64,000 nucleotides of DNA from an uncultured Erysipelotrichaceae bacterium. GTDB taxonomy: Bacteria; Bacillota_I; Bacilli_A; RFN20; CAG-826. A program made the translations under genes and the position numbers. Of this stretch, positions 8,926 to 18,600 are shown piece after piece. Location of the stretch: positions 1,978 through 65,977 of the forward strand of contig ONGB01000002.1 of assembly GCA_900317295.1 (NCBI GenBank). Direction: 5' to 3'. The stretch's first letter is position 1. Every line of letters starts with the position of its first letter. The notes under the pieces were generated by a model that saw only the letters and a list, made by a program, of their open reading frames with translations, ran no database searches and was not told where the DNA came from.

Positions 8926-9706
8926 AACCGTCAGCAAAATCACCGTCGGGAAATCGAAGGTGACCATTCTATTCAAGGGAGGGGAATCCCTTTCCTTATC
9001 CCATGATGCCTATTCCGACGCTCCGCTTTATGTGGGGAAGAAATTAAGCGAAAAAGCCTTTGCCGCGTTTAAGAAGACCGCGGAAATCGATGCCTATTAC
9101 GTCAAAGGGCTCCGTTATGCCGTCTCTTCCCCGAAGACCGCGCATCAAATCTATGAGAAGCTGGAGCACGAAGGTGCCGAAGAAGCCGATATTAAATCGA
9201 TCCTGGGAAGATTAAAGAAATTAGGATTGATCGATGACCTGGCCTACGCGAAGAATTACGCGGAAGACGCCGGGGAGCTCAAACTCTATGGTGAGGAGCG
9301 CATCCGCTTCGAGCTCGCCCAAAAAGGCGTCGCGGAAGCGATCATCAAATCCCTCTCCTTCCCGCTCTCCGAAGAGAAGAAAAAAGCCGACGCCTACGCC
9401 AAACTCATCGATAAGAAATACGTCCGCGTCCCGAAGCGGAATAAGCGGAGTAAAATGATCCTTGCCTTAAAAGAGCGGGGATTTAATGGGGAAATCGCCG
9501 CTTGGGCGGTCGATAAGAACCTCACCAATTCCTCTTCGACGGAGAAGAAGGAACTCGAAAAGGAATTCATCAAAGCCAAAGCGCATTACCAAAGGAAATA
9601 CGCCGGATATGACCTCAGGCAACGGATCCTCGCCGCCCTCGCGAGGAAGGGATTCGACATGGGGGACATACTTCGGATGATGGAGGAAAACGGATATGCT
9701 GATTAA
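8903..9706 (+). CDS. recX: RecX family regulatory protein
   Basis: Repeated three-helix RecX modules (...YYVKGLRYAVSSPKTAHQIYEKL..., ...LIDDLAYAKNYAED..., ...RILAALARKGFDMGDI...). The proposed GTG start has GGAGG 9 nt upstream. The start is uncertain. Confidence 0.75.
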   Translation: MSSAPTGKTVSKITVGKSKVTILFKGGESLSLSHDAYSDAPLYVGKKLSEKAFAAFKKTAEIDAYYVKGLRYAVSSPKTAHQIYEKLEHEGAEEADIKSILGRLKKLGLIDDLAYAKNYAEDAGELKLYGEERIRFELAQKGVAEAIIKSLSFPLSEEKKKADAYAKLIDKKYVRVPKRNKRSKMILALKERGFNGEIAAWAVDKNLTNSSSTEKKELEKEFIKAKAHYQRKYAGYDLRQRILAALARKGFDMGDILRMMEENGYAD

Positions 9707-10793
9707 AGAACTCAAAGATGGCGATCGGGTCTATGGGCCCTATTTGGTCGCCGACTGCAAAAAAGGCGTCACCGCCCAATCAAAGACTTATCTTACTTTG
9801 ACCCTGCAAGACGCTTCGGGAACCATCGAAGCCCGGAAATGGGACTACACCCCGGAAGATGAGGCCATCTTCGAAAAAGGAAAAGTCGCCCATGTCGAAG
9901 GCTCGGTCATTATCTATTCCAATCATCTGCAGATGAAAGTCTATACCGGGGAATCGATGGACCAATCCTCCATCGATTGGAGCCTTTTCGTTCCTAGCGC
10001 CCCCGTGGACGCCGAGACGATGAAGGCGAAGCTCGATACCTATATCGAATCGATCCGCGATGAAGATGTGAAGAAACTCGTCGTCACCTTGCTGGACCGC
10101 TTCATGAACAAGTACCTCCGTTGGCCGGCCGCGGTGCGCAACCACCATAATTTCGCCGGCGGGCTCCTTTACCATAGCCTTACGATGGCGGACCTCGCCG
10201 CGAAGGTGTGCCGCATCTATCCTAGCCTCAATCGCGATGTGATGATCGGCGGCGTCCTTATCCACGACATCGGCAAGACCGTCGAGCTCTCGGGCCCTCA
10301 AGGAACTCAATTCACGCTGCAGGGGAAACTCATCGGCCATATCTCGATCGGCCATGCGGAACTTCGCGAAGTCGCCAAGGAGCTGCATTACTATGACTTC
10401 CTTGACCTGCCCGATGCCGAGAAAGCGGAAAAAGAGGCGCAAAATGATGGGGTTTTCCATCGTTATGAGATCGCCGCGACTTTCGAGCACATCCTGCTCT
10501 CGCACCACGGGAAACATGACTTCGGTTCGCCGGTGCTGCCGCTAACGAGGGAAGCCCTCGCCATCTCGATGATCGATGACCTCGACGCCAAGATGTTGAT
10601 CCTCGATAACTCCTACGCCGGGGTGAAGCCGGGGGAGACCACCGCGAAGATCTTTGCCTTGGATGAACGCTATTTCTATAAGCCCCATTACGCGAAAGAA
10701 GAGGGTCTTGCTTATGGCACTTCCCTCGAGGAAGAGAAGAAAGACCTCGAGAGCGAAGAGGACATCCCCTGGGGGCAGGGCAAGCTCTTCTAA
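9696..10793 (+). CDS. yhaM: 3'-5' exoribonuclease YhaM (OB-fold plus HD domain)
   Basis: N-terminal OB fold (LTLQDASGTIEARKWD) and an HD domain (LLYHSL...LIHDIGK...SHHG). GGAGGA lies 8 nt upstream of the ATG. Confidence 0.88.
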   Translation: MLIKELKDGDRVYGPYLVADCKKGVTAQSKTYLTLTLQDASGTIEARKWDYTPEDEAIFEKGKVAHVEGSVIIYSNHLQMKVYTGESMDQSSIDWSLFVPSAPVDAETMKAKLDTYIESIRDEDVKKLVVTLLDRFMNKYLRWPAAVRNHHNFAGGLLYHSLTMADLAAKVCRIYPSLNRDVMIGGVLIHDIGKTVELSGPQGTQFTLQGKLIGHISIGHAELREVAKELHYYDFLDLPDAEKAEKEAQNDGVFHRYEIAATFEHILLSHHGKHDFGSPVLPLTREALAISMIDDLDAKMLILDNSYAGVKPGETTAKIFALDERYFYKPHYAKEEGLAYGTSLEEEKKDLESEEDIPWGQGKLF

Positions 10794-10811
10794 ATTGATT
10801 CACACACAGCA

Positions 10812-10846
10812 AAAGCGCGCACATACACGTGCGCGCTTTGTCTTTT
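10812..10846. terminator. Bidirectional rho-independent terminator between yhaM and the HIT gene
   Basis: 11-bp stem AAAGCGCGCAC / GTGCGCGCTTT with a 6-nt loop, flanked by T-runs on both strands. Confidence 0.85.
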
Positions 10847-10857
10847 ATATAAGGGCC

Positions 10858-11277
10858 TTATTTGATGCCCTTCTTGATGTCGAAGGCCAGCCGCGGCAAA
10901 TCCATCGCCGAGGTGTCTTGCCCCTTCATCGTGATCTGGAATCCGCCTTCCCCGCCGGTATAGCGCGGGATGACGTGGACGTGGAAGTGGGGGACGCTCT
11001 GTCCAGCCTGCTCGCCGACGTTGGTGAGGATATTGACGCCCTTCGCGCCCAAGACGGAGACTTCGGCTTGGCCGATGCGCTGGGCGACCGCGTAGACCTT
11101 TTGCATCAAGTCCTTCGGGCAGGAGAGGAAGGAATCATAATGCTCCTTGGGGATGACGAGGGTATGCCCGCGGGTGGTTTGGGAGATGTCGAGGATCGCG
11201 ATGACGTCATCGTCTTCGTAGACGACGGAGCTCGGGACCTCCCCTTTGATGATGCGACAGAAGATATCGTTAGCCAT
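10858..11277 (-). CDS. HIT-family (histidine triad) nucleotide hydrolase
   Basis: Carries the HFHVHVIP histidine triad and the N-terminus MANDIFCRIIKGEVPS. AGGAGG lies 7 nt upstream of the ATG at 11277. Confidence 0.9.
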   Translation of the reverse strand: MANDIFCRIIKGEVPSSVVYEDDDVIAILDISQTTRGHTLVIPKEHYDSFLSCPKDLMQKVYAVAQRIGQAEVSVLGAKGVNILTNVGEQAGQSVPHFHVHVIPRYTGGEGGFQITMKGQDTSAMDLPRLAFDIKKGIK

Positions 11278-11290
11278 GGATAAGCCTCCT

Positions 11291-11323
11291 AATAAACAAA
11301 AGGGCAAGCGATTGCTTACCCTT
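11291..11323 (-). terminator. Rho-independent terminator after the lipoprotein pair
   Basis: 10-bp stem (one mismatch) AAGGGTAAGC / GCTTGCCCTT with a 4-nt loop, followed on the minus strand by TTTGTTTATT. Confidence 0.75.
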
Positions 11324-11341
11324 TCATTATAGACGTTTTTC

Positions 11342-13078
11342 TCAATCGAAGAGATCGGGGAACGTGTTTTTGAAGTAGTTGTAGACGTCGTCGTCGTGGA
11401 AGGAGACCTTCATCTCGGAGACGTAGTACTGCTTCGCGGCTTTGACGTAGGAGTCGCCGTCGGCGATGAGGTTGACGACATCCCAGACGACCTGCTGGAG
11501 ACGTTCGTAGGACTCGTTGATGTAAGCGTAGTCGTTGTCATCTTCGACCGTGGCCATCTTGCCGGGCTTCACCGCTTCGTCGACGCGGACGATGTAGTAG
11601 GTGGAGCCGGAGGCATCGTAGATCGCATACGGGAATTGATCGGCGGTCTGGTAGCTATCCGGGAGGAGGTAGTAGTGGCCACCGACGTAGCGGACGAACT
11701 TGGCCTGGCTCTGCTCGAGGTTGTAGTCGACTTGGTTGGCGACGTTGACCTTGAAGAGGCGGCTCTTCAGATCGCTTTGCAGATCATTAAGACCCGAGGA
11801 GGTGTACCAGCCTTCGGTGACCTTGCTGCCGGCGACGATGTCGGCGGTCTTGATCTTCAAGCCGGTTTCGACGGTGTAGGTGCCGGAGTTGGTGAAGTCG
11901 GTGGAAGAACCGGTCTCCCAACGGGAATCGGTCAATTTGGAATAGTCGGCGACGAGGTTGCCGTAGGTGGTGTTGGTCCAGGTCTGGTAGGAGACGTAGG
12001 TGTCGGAATCCTTGATGTAGGAATACGCATAGCCGTTGGCGTTAGGCGTCGCATCGGTGGTGAAGCCTTCAGCGGTGGTGGTGAAGGCCTCGAAGCCGGC
12101 GGCTTTGTAGATGGTCTCGGCGAAGGCGCGCTCCGTTTCATCGGGGAAGTAGCCTTGGAAGAGGCGATCGAGGAAGTGGAGGTTCTTATAGACTTCGCCC
12201 TTGCCGCCGAAGCTCGGGTCATCATCCTCTTTGGCGAGGACGAGTTGGCAGTATTTGCGGACGAGGTTGCGGGTCGCTTCGGGGTAGCCGTCGATGTTCG
12301 GGACGGAGACGTATTGGACCTTACGGGCGTAGGAACGGCCCAAGGTGCCGTAGTTGTTGTCGATGACGTAGCGCTCGACGAGGGCCTTGCGATACATATC
12401 CGGCATCAAGGAGCGGCGGATGTAGTCGGAATAGCGGCCGAGGATGCCGGTGCCATTGGTGACATCGCCGCCATCGAGCTGGTAGGTGCCAAGACCGCCG
12501 ACATAGTAATCGCCGACGTCCTCATAGGTCTTCGACCCGTTGATCGCGTGCTTATCGTAGGTGTCTTCGTAGGCAGCGGGCTCGATCATGTTGTAGAGAT
12601 TGGCCTTCTGCGCATCGACGAACTTTTCCTCGATGAAAGTCTGACGGTTCTGGTAGCTGCCGTTTTTAACGGAGTTCCAGAAGTCTTTCTTGATCGCGGT
12701 GAGGATCGAGTTGCGGAAGATCTTCGCGCGGACGAGGACATCAGCATCGGTCTCGCCTTCTTTGGCGGCGAAGGCCTTGAATTCCTTGATCGCGTTGACG
12801 TTGCTTTCATCCACGAGCTGGTTGAGCTTGTAGAATTCGCCGAAGTAAACCTGCGCGTAGGCGAAGAGGATGTTGTTGAGGATGCGCTGGGAGTTGGTGT
12901 CGCCGTAGTTGACGACGGAGTCATAGATCTCCTGGAGCTTGTTGCCGTAGGTGGTCGCGCCGTCTTCGAGGACGATGGGCGCTTCGGCGTTGGTCTTGTC
13001 GAGGTCCATCTCGACGTCGCAGCCGGTGAGGGCGAAGAGGGAGATCATCGCCATGGATAGGACTTTTAGCTTTTTCAT
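11342..13078 (-). CDS. Large lipoprotein, apparent paralog of the adjacent PrsA-like lipoprotein, function unknown
   Basis: Signal peptide plus lipobox MKKLKVLSMAMISLFALTGC. Its C-terminal ...GSTYYIVRVDEA... strand resembles ...GIHFIVVDRS... in the neighbouring gene. Composition is protein-like, unlike the 554-aa antisense ORF. Confidence 0.75.
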   Translation of the reverse strand: MKKLKVLSMAMISLFALTGCDVEMDLDKTNAEAPIVLEDGATTYGNKLQEIYDSVVNYGDTNSQRILNNILFAYAQVYFGEFYKLNQLVDESNVNAIKEFKAFAAKEGETDADVLVRAKIFRNSILTAIKKDFWNSVKNGSYQNRQTFIEEKFVDAQKANLYNMIEPAAYEDTYDKHAINGSKTYEDVGDYYVGGLGTYQLDGGDVTNGTGILGRYSDYIRRSLMPDMYRKALVERYVIDNNYGTLGRSYARKVQYVSVPNIDGYPEATRNLVRKYCQLVLAKEDDDPSFGGKGEVYKNLHFLDRLFQGYFPDETERAFAETIYKAAGFEAFTTTAEGFTTDATPNANGYAYSYIKDSDTYVSYQTWTNTTYGNLVADYSKLTDSRWETGSSTDFTNSGTYTVETGLKIKTADIVAGSKVTEGWYTSSGLNDLQSDLKSRLFKVNVANQVDYNLEQSQAKFVRYVGGHYYLLPDSYQTADQFPYAIYDASGSTYYIVRVDEAVKPGKMATVEDDNDYAYINESYERLQQVVWDVVNLIADGDSYVKAAKQYYVSEMKVSFHDDDVYNYFKNTFPDLFD

Positions 13079-13096
13079 AATCGGTGAGCTCCTTCC

Positions 13097-15238
13097 TTAT
13101 TTCTTATAGCCGAGGCCGCCGACGGTCCACATGCCCGCGGGGCTATCCGGGTTGGAATCGGTGCCGAGATAGTCGATCGCGACGTTTTCGGAGATCAGCT
13201 TCTGACCGCCGTCTTTGCGGTAGGAGCGCGCCTGATCCTCGCGGCAGAGGAATTCGGCGTATTTCTGCCAAGACTCATCGAGCTTGTCGGTCGCTTCATC
13301 GATGGCTTTCTGGCGTTGCTGCTGAGAATGCTTGGTGATGTTGTCGACGATCTGCTTGACGATGGCGTTGTTGGTGTTGAAGGTGACGCCGGTGGTCTTG
13401 ACCAGCTCTTCGAACATGTAGGTGTCGATCGCCCCGTTATAAGAGGTGACGTTCGAGGAGATGGAGTCGATGGTCTTCTGATAGTCGGAAGCGTTCTTCT
13501 CGACGCCGTTGGTGACGAAGGTCGTCTTGTTGACCTTCTCTTCGGCGACGGCATAGGTCGGATATTCGTTGGAGCCGACGCGGTACATGGTGTAGTAGTC
13601 GGCGAGGTTGGTGACGTCGGTGTTCGTGTCAGCGTGATAAGCGGCGTCATCGGCATAGGTCGCGGTCTCAGCGACATGGAATTCGGAGCCGACCTGCGGG
13701 ACGTATTTCTGATATTCGACGAGCGGGCTGCGATCCACGACGATGAAGTGGATGCCCTTGGTGCCGGAATCGCCGCGGACGGCGAGGATGATCTTGCCCT
13801 GTTCGGTGGTCAAGACGTTGCTGCCGATGCCATCGAGGATGTCGGTGGTGTCATGCTGGAAGCCCGGGAGCGCCGCGTAGTCGGCGTCGAGGACGCCGAG
13901 GGAAGAGGGCTCGCTGGCGGCACCGACGCCGGGGTTATAGGTGAATTCGCTGGGAACCGCGGTGGTCTCGCCGTCGACGACATCGTCATAGGCGATGCGG
14001 TTCGGGGTGATGACCGCGATGCGGTGTTTATTGAAATATTTATTGAAGAGGATGTTGCGGGGCATGTAGGTGGAATCGCCGCCATTGACGTTCCAGTTAT
14101 GCTTCTCCGTGCCAAAGATACGGCCGGTGGGGAAATTCTCCGCGGTGTCTTCATCCGCCAAAGCGACGGCGGCGCCATAGGGGATCTGGCCGATGCTTTC
14201 GAACACGCCGCCGGCTTCGGTGGCGTCGTCGAGCTTCACCTGCTCGCCCTTGGTGTTATAGAAGTAGGCGTCATCGCTCCAAGAGAGATTCTCTTTTTGC
14301 GTAAAGCCGAAGGTGTCGGCGACTTGGTTCTTCTTGTTGAAGAGCATGTCGTAGGAATAGACGCCGAATTGGAAGCCCTGAACGAAGGAAGTGGCTTTAT
14401 CCATGATGCCGAGGTCGCCGTATTTGGCACCGGATCCGGTGTCTTTCGAATACTGCTGGGCCAAAACGCCGAAAGAAGTGCGGCTGGTCGCGGCGACTTT
14501 GCCGGAATCCGCGCCTTTCTTGGTGATGTCAGCGCCCGCCATGAGCTCAACGATGTGGCCGATGGTCTTGGATTCATCCGAGGTGATCGAAGTGGAGGTG
14601 GGATCGGTCTCGGAAGCGCTGGAGGCCTCAATCAAAATGTGGGAGACGTGGTACGGCATGCGGGTCTGGATGTAGCCCTTGTTGCCAACGCCGAAGTTAT
14701 ATTCTCCCGCGGTGCCGGAATAGCCCGGGAAAGTCGGGTTGCCGTTGTCATCGATGCCATCGCGGATCGCGCGTTTCTTCGCGTCGCTATAGTAGTCGTG
14801 CTCGTATTTGGACTTTTCCTGGTCGTAAAGCTTCTTCTGGTAGAGCTCTTCGATGTTGTCGCAGCCCTCGCTTTCGAGCAAGGTCTGGAATTCCTTCTCG
14901 TAGCTGGTGCCGTTGTTGGTGGAATTGGTCGCGGCTTGCTGCTTGATGGAGTCGACATCCTTGTTGGCGAGGCGCTTGAGCTCGGGGAGCTTGTTGCTGC
15001 CTTCGTAGTACTTGCGGATGAGGATTTCTTTGATCTTGTCGAAATCGGTGCTCGCGGAAGTGCTGCTGTTTTGATAGTCGGCGAGCAATTCGGCGGTGGT
15101 GTAACTGACCCGTTCGCCATTGGGCGCCGTATATTGCAGCGCGACACCCTCTTTGTAGCTGGTCTCATTGCAGCCCGCCAAGGCGGTCACCGCGACGAGA
15201 GCGGCCAACACTTTGAGGGAATTTAATCCTTTCTTCAT
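13097..15238 (-). CDS. Lipoprotein with a PrsA-like parvulin peptidyl-prolyl isomerase domain
   Basis: Lipobox LAALVAVTALAGC. Parvulin-like segments are YHVSHILIEA..., FGVLAQQYSKDTGSGAKYGDLGIMDKATSFVQGFQ... and, about 195 aa later, GIHFIVVD. AGGAGG lies upstream of the ATG. Confidence 0.7.
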   Translation of the reverse strand: MKKGLNSLKVLAALVAVTALAGCNETSYKEGVALQYTAPNGERVSYTTAELLADYQNSSTSASTDFDKIKEILIRKYYEGSNKLPELKRLANKDVDSIKQQAATNSTNNGTSYEKEFQTLLESEGCDNIEELYQKKLYDQEKSKYEHDYYSDAKKRAIRDGIDDNGNPTFPGYSGTAGEYNFGVGNKGYIQTRMPYHVSHILIEASSASETDPTSTSITSDESKTIGHIVELMAGADITKKGADSGKVAATSRTSFGVLAQQYSKDTGSGAKYGDLGIMDKATSFVQGFQFGVYSYDMLFNKKNQVADTFGFTQKENLSWSDDAYFYNTKGEQVKLDDATEAGGVFESIGQIPYGAAVALADEDTAENFPTGRIFGTEKHNWNVNGGDSTYMPRNILFNKYFNKHRIAVITPNRIAYDDVVDGETTAVPSEFTYNPGVGAASEPSSLGVLDADYAALPGFQHDTTDILDGIGSNVLTTEQGKIILAVRGDSGTKGIHFIVVDRSPLVEYQKYVPQVGSEFHVAETATYADDAAYHADTNTDVTNLADYYTMYRVGSNEYPTYAVAEEKVNKTTFVTNGVEKNASDYQKTIDSISSNVTSYNGAIDTYMFEELVKTTGVTFNTNNAIVKQIVDNITKHSQQQRQKAIDEATDKLDESWQKYAEFLCREDQARSYRKDGGQKLISENVAIDYLGTDSNPDSPAGMWTVGGLGYKK

Positions 15239-15283
15239 AGGTGGTCTCGTTCCTCCTTCGTCTGAACGTAGCGCGTAAATCTT

Positions 15284-15299
15284 ATACTCTTAAGAGTAT
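15284..15299. promoter_or_regulatory. Perfect 16-bp palindrome ATACTCTTAAGAGTAT in the divergent lipoprotein/suf control region
   Basis: Read directly from the sequence. It lies in the spacer and overlaps the TATAAG -10 candidate of the minus-strand lipoprotein promoter. Confidence 0.4.
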
Positions 15300-15365
15300 C
15301 CTTTCAACAAAAAAATAACCCTCCTTTGGTCAGGGAAAAACGGGGTGGCGAATAGGTCATTTTGT

Positions 15366-15394
15366 TTGTTTGTCGCGCCCCCATTGTCTAGAAT
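15366..15394 (+). promoter_or_regulatory. Putative SigA-type promoter of the suf operon
   Basis: TTGTTT, a 17-nt spacer, then TAGAAT, ending 27 nt upstream of the sufC ATG. Confidence 0.5.
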
Positions 15395-15421
15395 AGGCGT
15401 GCTCCGCCAAGAGGTATCGTC

Positions 15422-16246
<825 letters not shown>

Positions 16247-16252
16247 TCCACG

Positions 16253-16927
16253 ATGGAGAAAACCCTGCTGAACCACGACATAAAGGATGCTGAGTTTGTC
16301 GTCGAAAACGGCGCAGAACTCAAACTAAACCTTGCAAAACTCGAGGATTTCGAATCTTTTCATATTGTGGTCCATGTTAAGGGCGACGCCGTGTTCCAGT
16401 GCGCTTTCGCTGACTTCTCCTCTGGGGATGGCGAAGCGAGAATCGATATCTATTTAGAAGAAGAAGGCGCCAGGGCGGAATACCATTGCGCCTCGCTTGC
16501 CAAAGGAGGTTCTAAGAAGTCTTTCGTGCCTTCGATTTATCATCTCGCCCCCCACACGGAAGGGCTATGTGAAAGCTATGGCATCACCGAGGGGGAAGCC
16601 CGTCTTTCCTTCACCGGCGTCAGCGATATCGCCCATGGGGCAAAAGGGTCTTCCACCCGTCAAGCCGCGAAGATCATCGTCTTTGATGAAAAGTGCCGCG
16701 GAATTGCTTCCCCAGTGCTTAACATTGACGAAAATGAAGTGAAAGCCAGCCATGCCGCAACCGTGGGAAAACTCAATGAATCGCACCTGTTCTATTTAAT
16801 GTCGCGCGGGTTAACCAAAGAAGAGGGTAGACGCCTTGTGACCCTTGGTTATCTCAAGCCGATCGTCTCCTATTTCGAGGGGGATGTGAAAGATGAAATC
16901 GATCGCGCGATCGAAGGAGGGCTTTGA
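16253..16927 (+). CDS. sufD: Fe-S cluster assembly protein SufD (short form, 224 aa)
   Basis: SufBD-type C-terminal core (...[33 protein letters not shown]...) and its position between sufC and sufS. Confidence 0.8.
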   Translation: MEKTLLNHDIKDAEFVVENGAELKLNLAKLEDFESFHIVVHVKGDAVFQCAFADFSSGDGEARIDIYLEEEGARAEYHCASLAKGGSKKSFVPSIYHLAPHTEGLCESYGITEGEARLSFTGVSDIAHGAKGSSTRQAAKIIVFDEKCRGIASPVLNIDENEVKASHAATVGKLNESHLFYLMSRGLTKEEGRRLVTLGYLKPIVSYFEGDVKDEIDRAIEGGL

Positions 16928-16928
16928 T

Positions 16929-18164
16929 ATGTTCGACCCGAAGCGCCTCCGCCAAGATTTCCCAATGTATCGCAACCACATTAAGATGCAGGGGAAGGAT
17001 TTGGTATGGCTCGATAACGCCTCCACGACCTTCAAACCGGATGTCGTGGTGTCCGCGGTTACCTCCTATATGACCGAAGAGACCTCTAATTCCCATCGCG
17101 GGGATTATGATCTCTGCTTCCAAATGGACAAAAAGGTCAAAGAAGCGAGGGAAACCGTGGCTTCCTTCATTCACGCGGAGCCTAATGAAGTCGTCTTTAC
17201 CTCCGGAACGACCGCTTCGATCAACCTCGTCGCCTTTGGCTATGGGGTCAAATTCCTCAAGCCTGAGGACGAAATCCTTTTAACGGAAGCCGAACATGCC
17301 TCTAATGTCCTCCCGTGGTTCAAAGTCGCTGAGATGACCGGATGCAAAATCCGTTATATCCCATTAGATAAAGAAGGAAGGCTTACGCCGGAGAATCTTT
17401 CCAAAACCATTTCTGAACACACCAAGATCGTCGCGGTGGCCCATGTCACCAATGTCCTTGGTTTCCTCGCCCCGGTGAAGGAACTTGCTTCCATTGCTCA
17501 CGCCCATGGGGCCGTTTTGGTGCTCGACGGGGCGCAATCCGTCCCCCATATGCCGACGGATGTGAAAGATTTGGATGTGGATTTCCTATCCTTCTCCGGC
17601 CATAAGCTTTGTGGCCCAACCGGGATCGGCGTGCTTTACGGCCGCTACGAATTGCTATGCAAAATGGATCCGTTCATGACCGGGGGTGGCATGAATGCCA
17701 AGTTTGATATGTGCGGAGATGTGGGTTATTTGGCTCCGCCGATGAAATTCGAAGCCGGTACGCAGCCGTTGGCTGAGATCTTCGGTCTGGACGCGGCGAT
17801 TCGTTATCTCCAGAGCATTGGTTTGGAGAATATCCATCAACACGAAAAAGAATTGAAACGCTATGCCGTCGAACAATTGAAAAAGACCGGCATCGTAACC
17901 ATCTATAACGAGAATAGCGAAGCGGGCATCGTCACCTTCAACGTCGAAGGGGTCTTCGCCCAAGACGCCGCCTCCTATCTCAACCATTGCGGCATCGCCT
18001 GCCGCAGCGGTCAGCACTGCGCCAAAATATTAACCTCCTTCCTTGGCACGATCGCCACGATCCGCGCCTCCTTCTATCTCTATACGGATAAGGAGGATAT
18101 CGATGCCTTGGTGGAAGCCGTCAAAAACATGAAAGGAGGAGCCTTCCTCGATGCCTTCTTTTGA
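16929..18164 (+). CDS. sufS: Cysteine desulfurase SufS (class V aminotransferase)
   Basis: PLP-lysine motif FSGHKLCGPTGIG and active-site loop ...RSGQHCA.... Start taken at MFDPKRLRQDFP with GAAGGAGG upstream. Confidence 0.93.
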   Translation: MFDPKRLRQDFPMYRNHIKMQGKDLVWLDNASTTFKPDVVVSAVTSYMTEETSNSHRGDYDLCFQMDKKVKEARETVASFIHAEPNEVVFTSGTTASINLVAFGYGVKFLKPEDEILLTEAEHASNVLPWFKVAEMTGCKIRYIPLDKEGRLTPENLSKTISEHTKIVAVAHVTNVLGFLAPVKELASIAHAHGAVLVLDGAQSVPHMPTDVKDLDVDFLSFSGHKLCGPTGIGVLYGRYELLCKMDPFMTGGGMNAKFDMCGDVGYLAPPMKFEAGTQPLAEIFGLDAAIRYLQSIGLENIHQHEKELKRYAVEQLKKTGIVTIYNENSEAGIVTFNVEGVFAQDAASYLNHCGIACRSGQHCAKILTSFLGTIATIRASFYLYTDKEDIDALVEAVKNMKGGAFLDAFF

Positions 18165-18600
18165 ACTTAATCCGATGATGCTTCGGGAGATCATCATCGA
18201 CCATTACAACGCCCCGCGTCATAAAAAAACCCCCGAAATCGCGGACGGATTTGTCAAAAACCATTCCGAATCCGTCAACTGCATCGACAACATCGACGTC
18301 TTTTTGAAAATGAAAGACGGCAAGGTGGAAGACGCCATGTGGGAGGGCACCGCCTGCGCCATCTCCACGGCCTCCACCGATATCCTTTGCGATCTTCTGA
18401 TCGGTCGTACCCCCGAAGAAGCGGACAAAATCATGGAGAACTATTTCAACATGATCTCCGAGAAGGAATACGATCCTGAGATTTTGGATGAAGCGGTGGC
18501 TTTCATGAACACCTATCGCCAGCCGGCCCGCATCCACTGCGCCACGATCGGCTGGGACGCTTTCAAGGAATTGCTCCATCATGAGGAGGGCGAAAAATGA
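18151..18600 (+). CDS. sufU: Fe-S cluster scaffold / sulfur acceptor SufU
   Basis: IscU/SufU family features: ...[11 protein letters not shown]..., NCIDNI..., ...[10 protein letters not shown]..., ...ARIHCATI.... Position between sufS and sufB. Confidence 0.9.
   Translation: MPSFELNPMMLREIIIDHYNAPRHKKTPEIADGFVKNHSESVNCIDNIDVFLKMKDGKVEDAMWEGTACAISTASTDILCDLLIGRTPEEADKIMENYFNMISEKEYDPEILDEAVAFMNTYRQPARIHCATIGWDAFKELLHHEEGEK

Noticed and set aside
11396-15226. Very long plus-strand ORFs (554 aa at 11396..13060 and 636 aa at 13316..15226) running antisense to the two lipoprotein genes
   Set aside because: Their translations are low-complexity (Gly/Asp/Val/Ala/Glu runs), with no start context, signal or motif. 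The minus-strand products, by contrast, have lipoprotein signal peptides and parvulin motifs. An antisense frame stays open when the sense gene avoids TTA, CTA and TCA codons, which fits the GC3-rich codon usage seen here.
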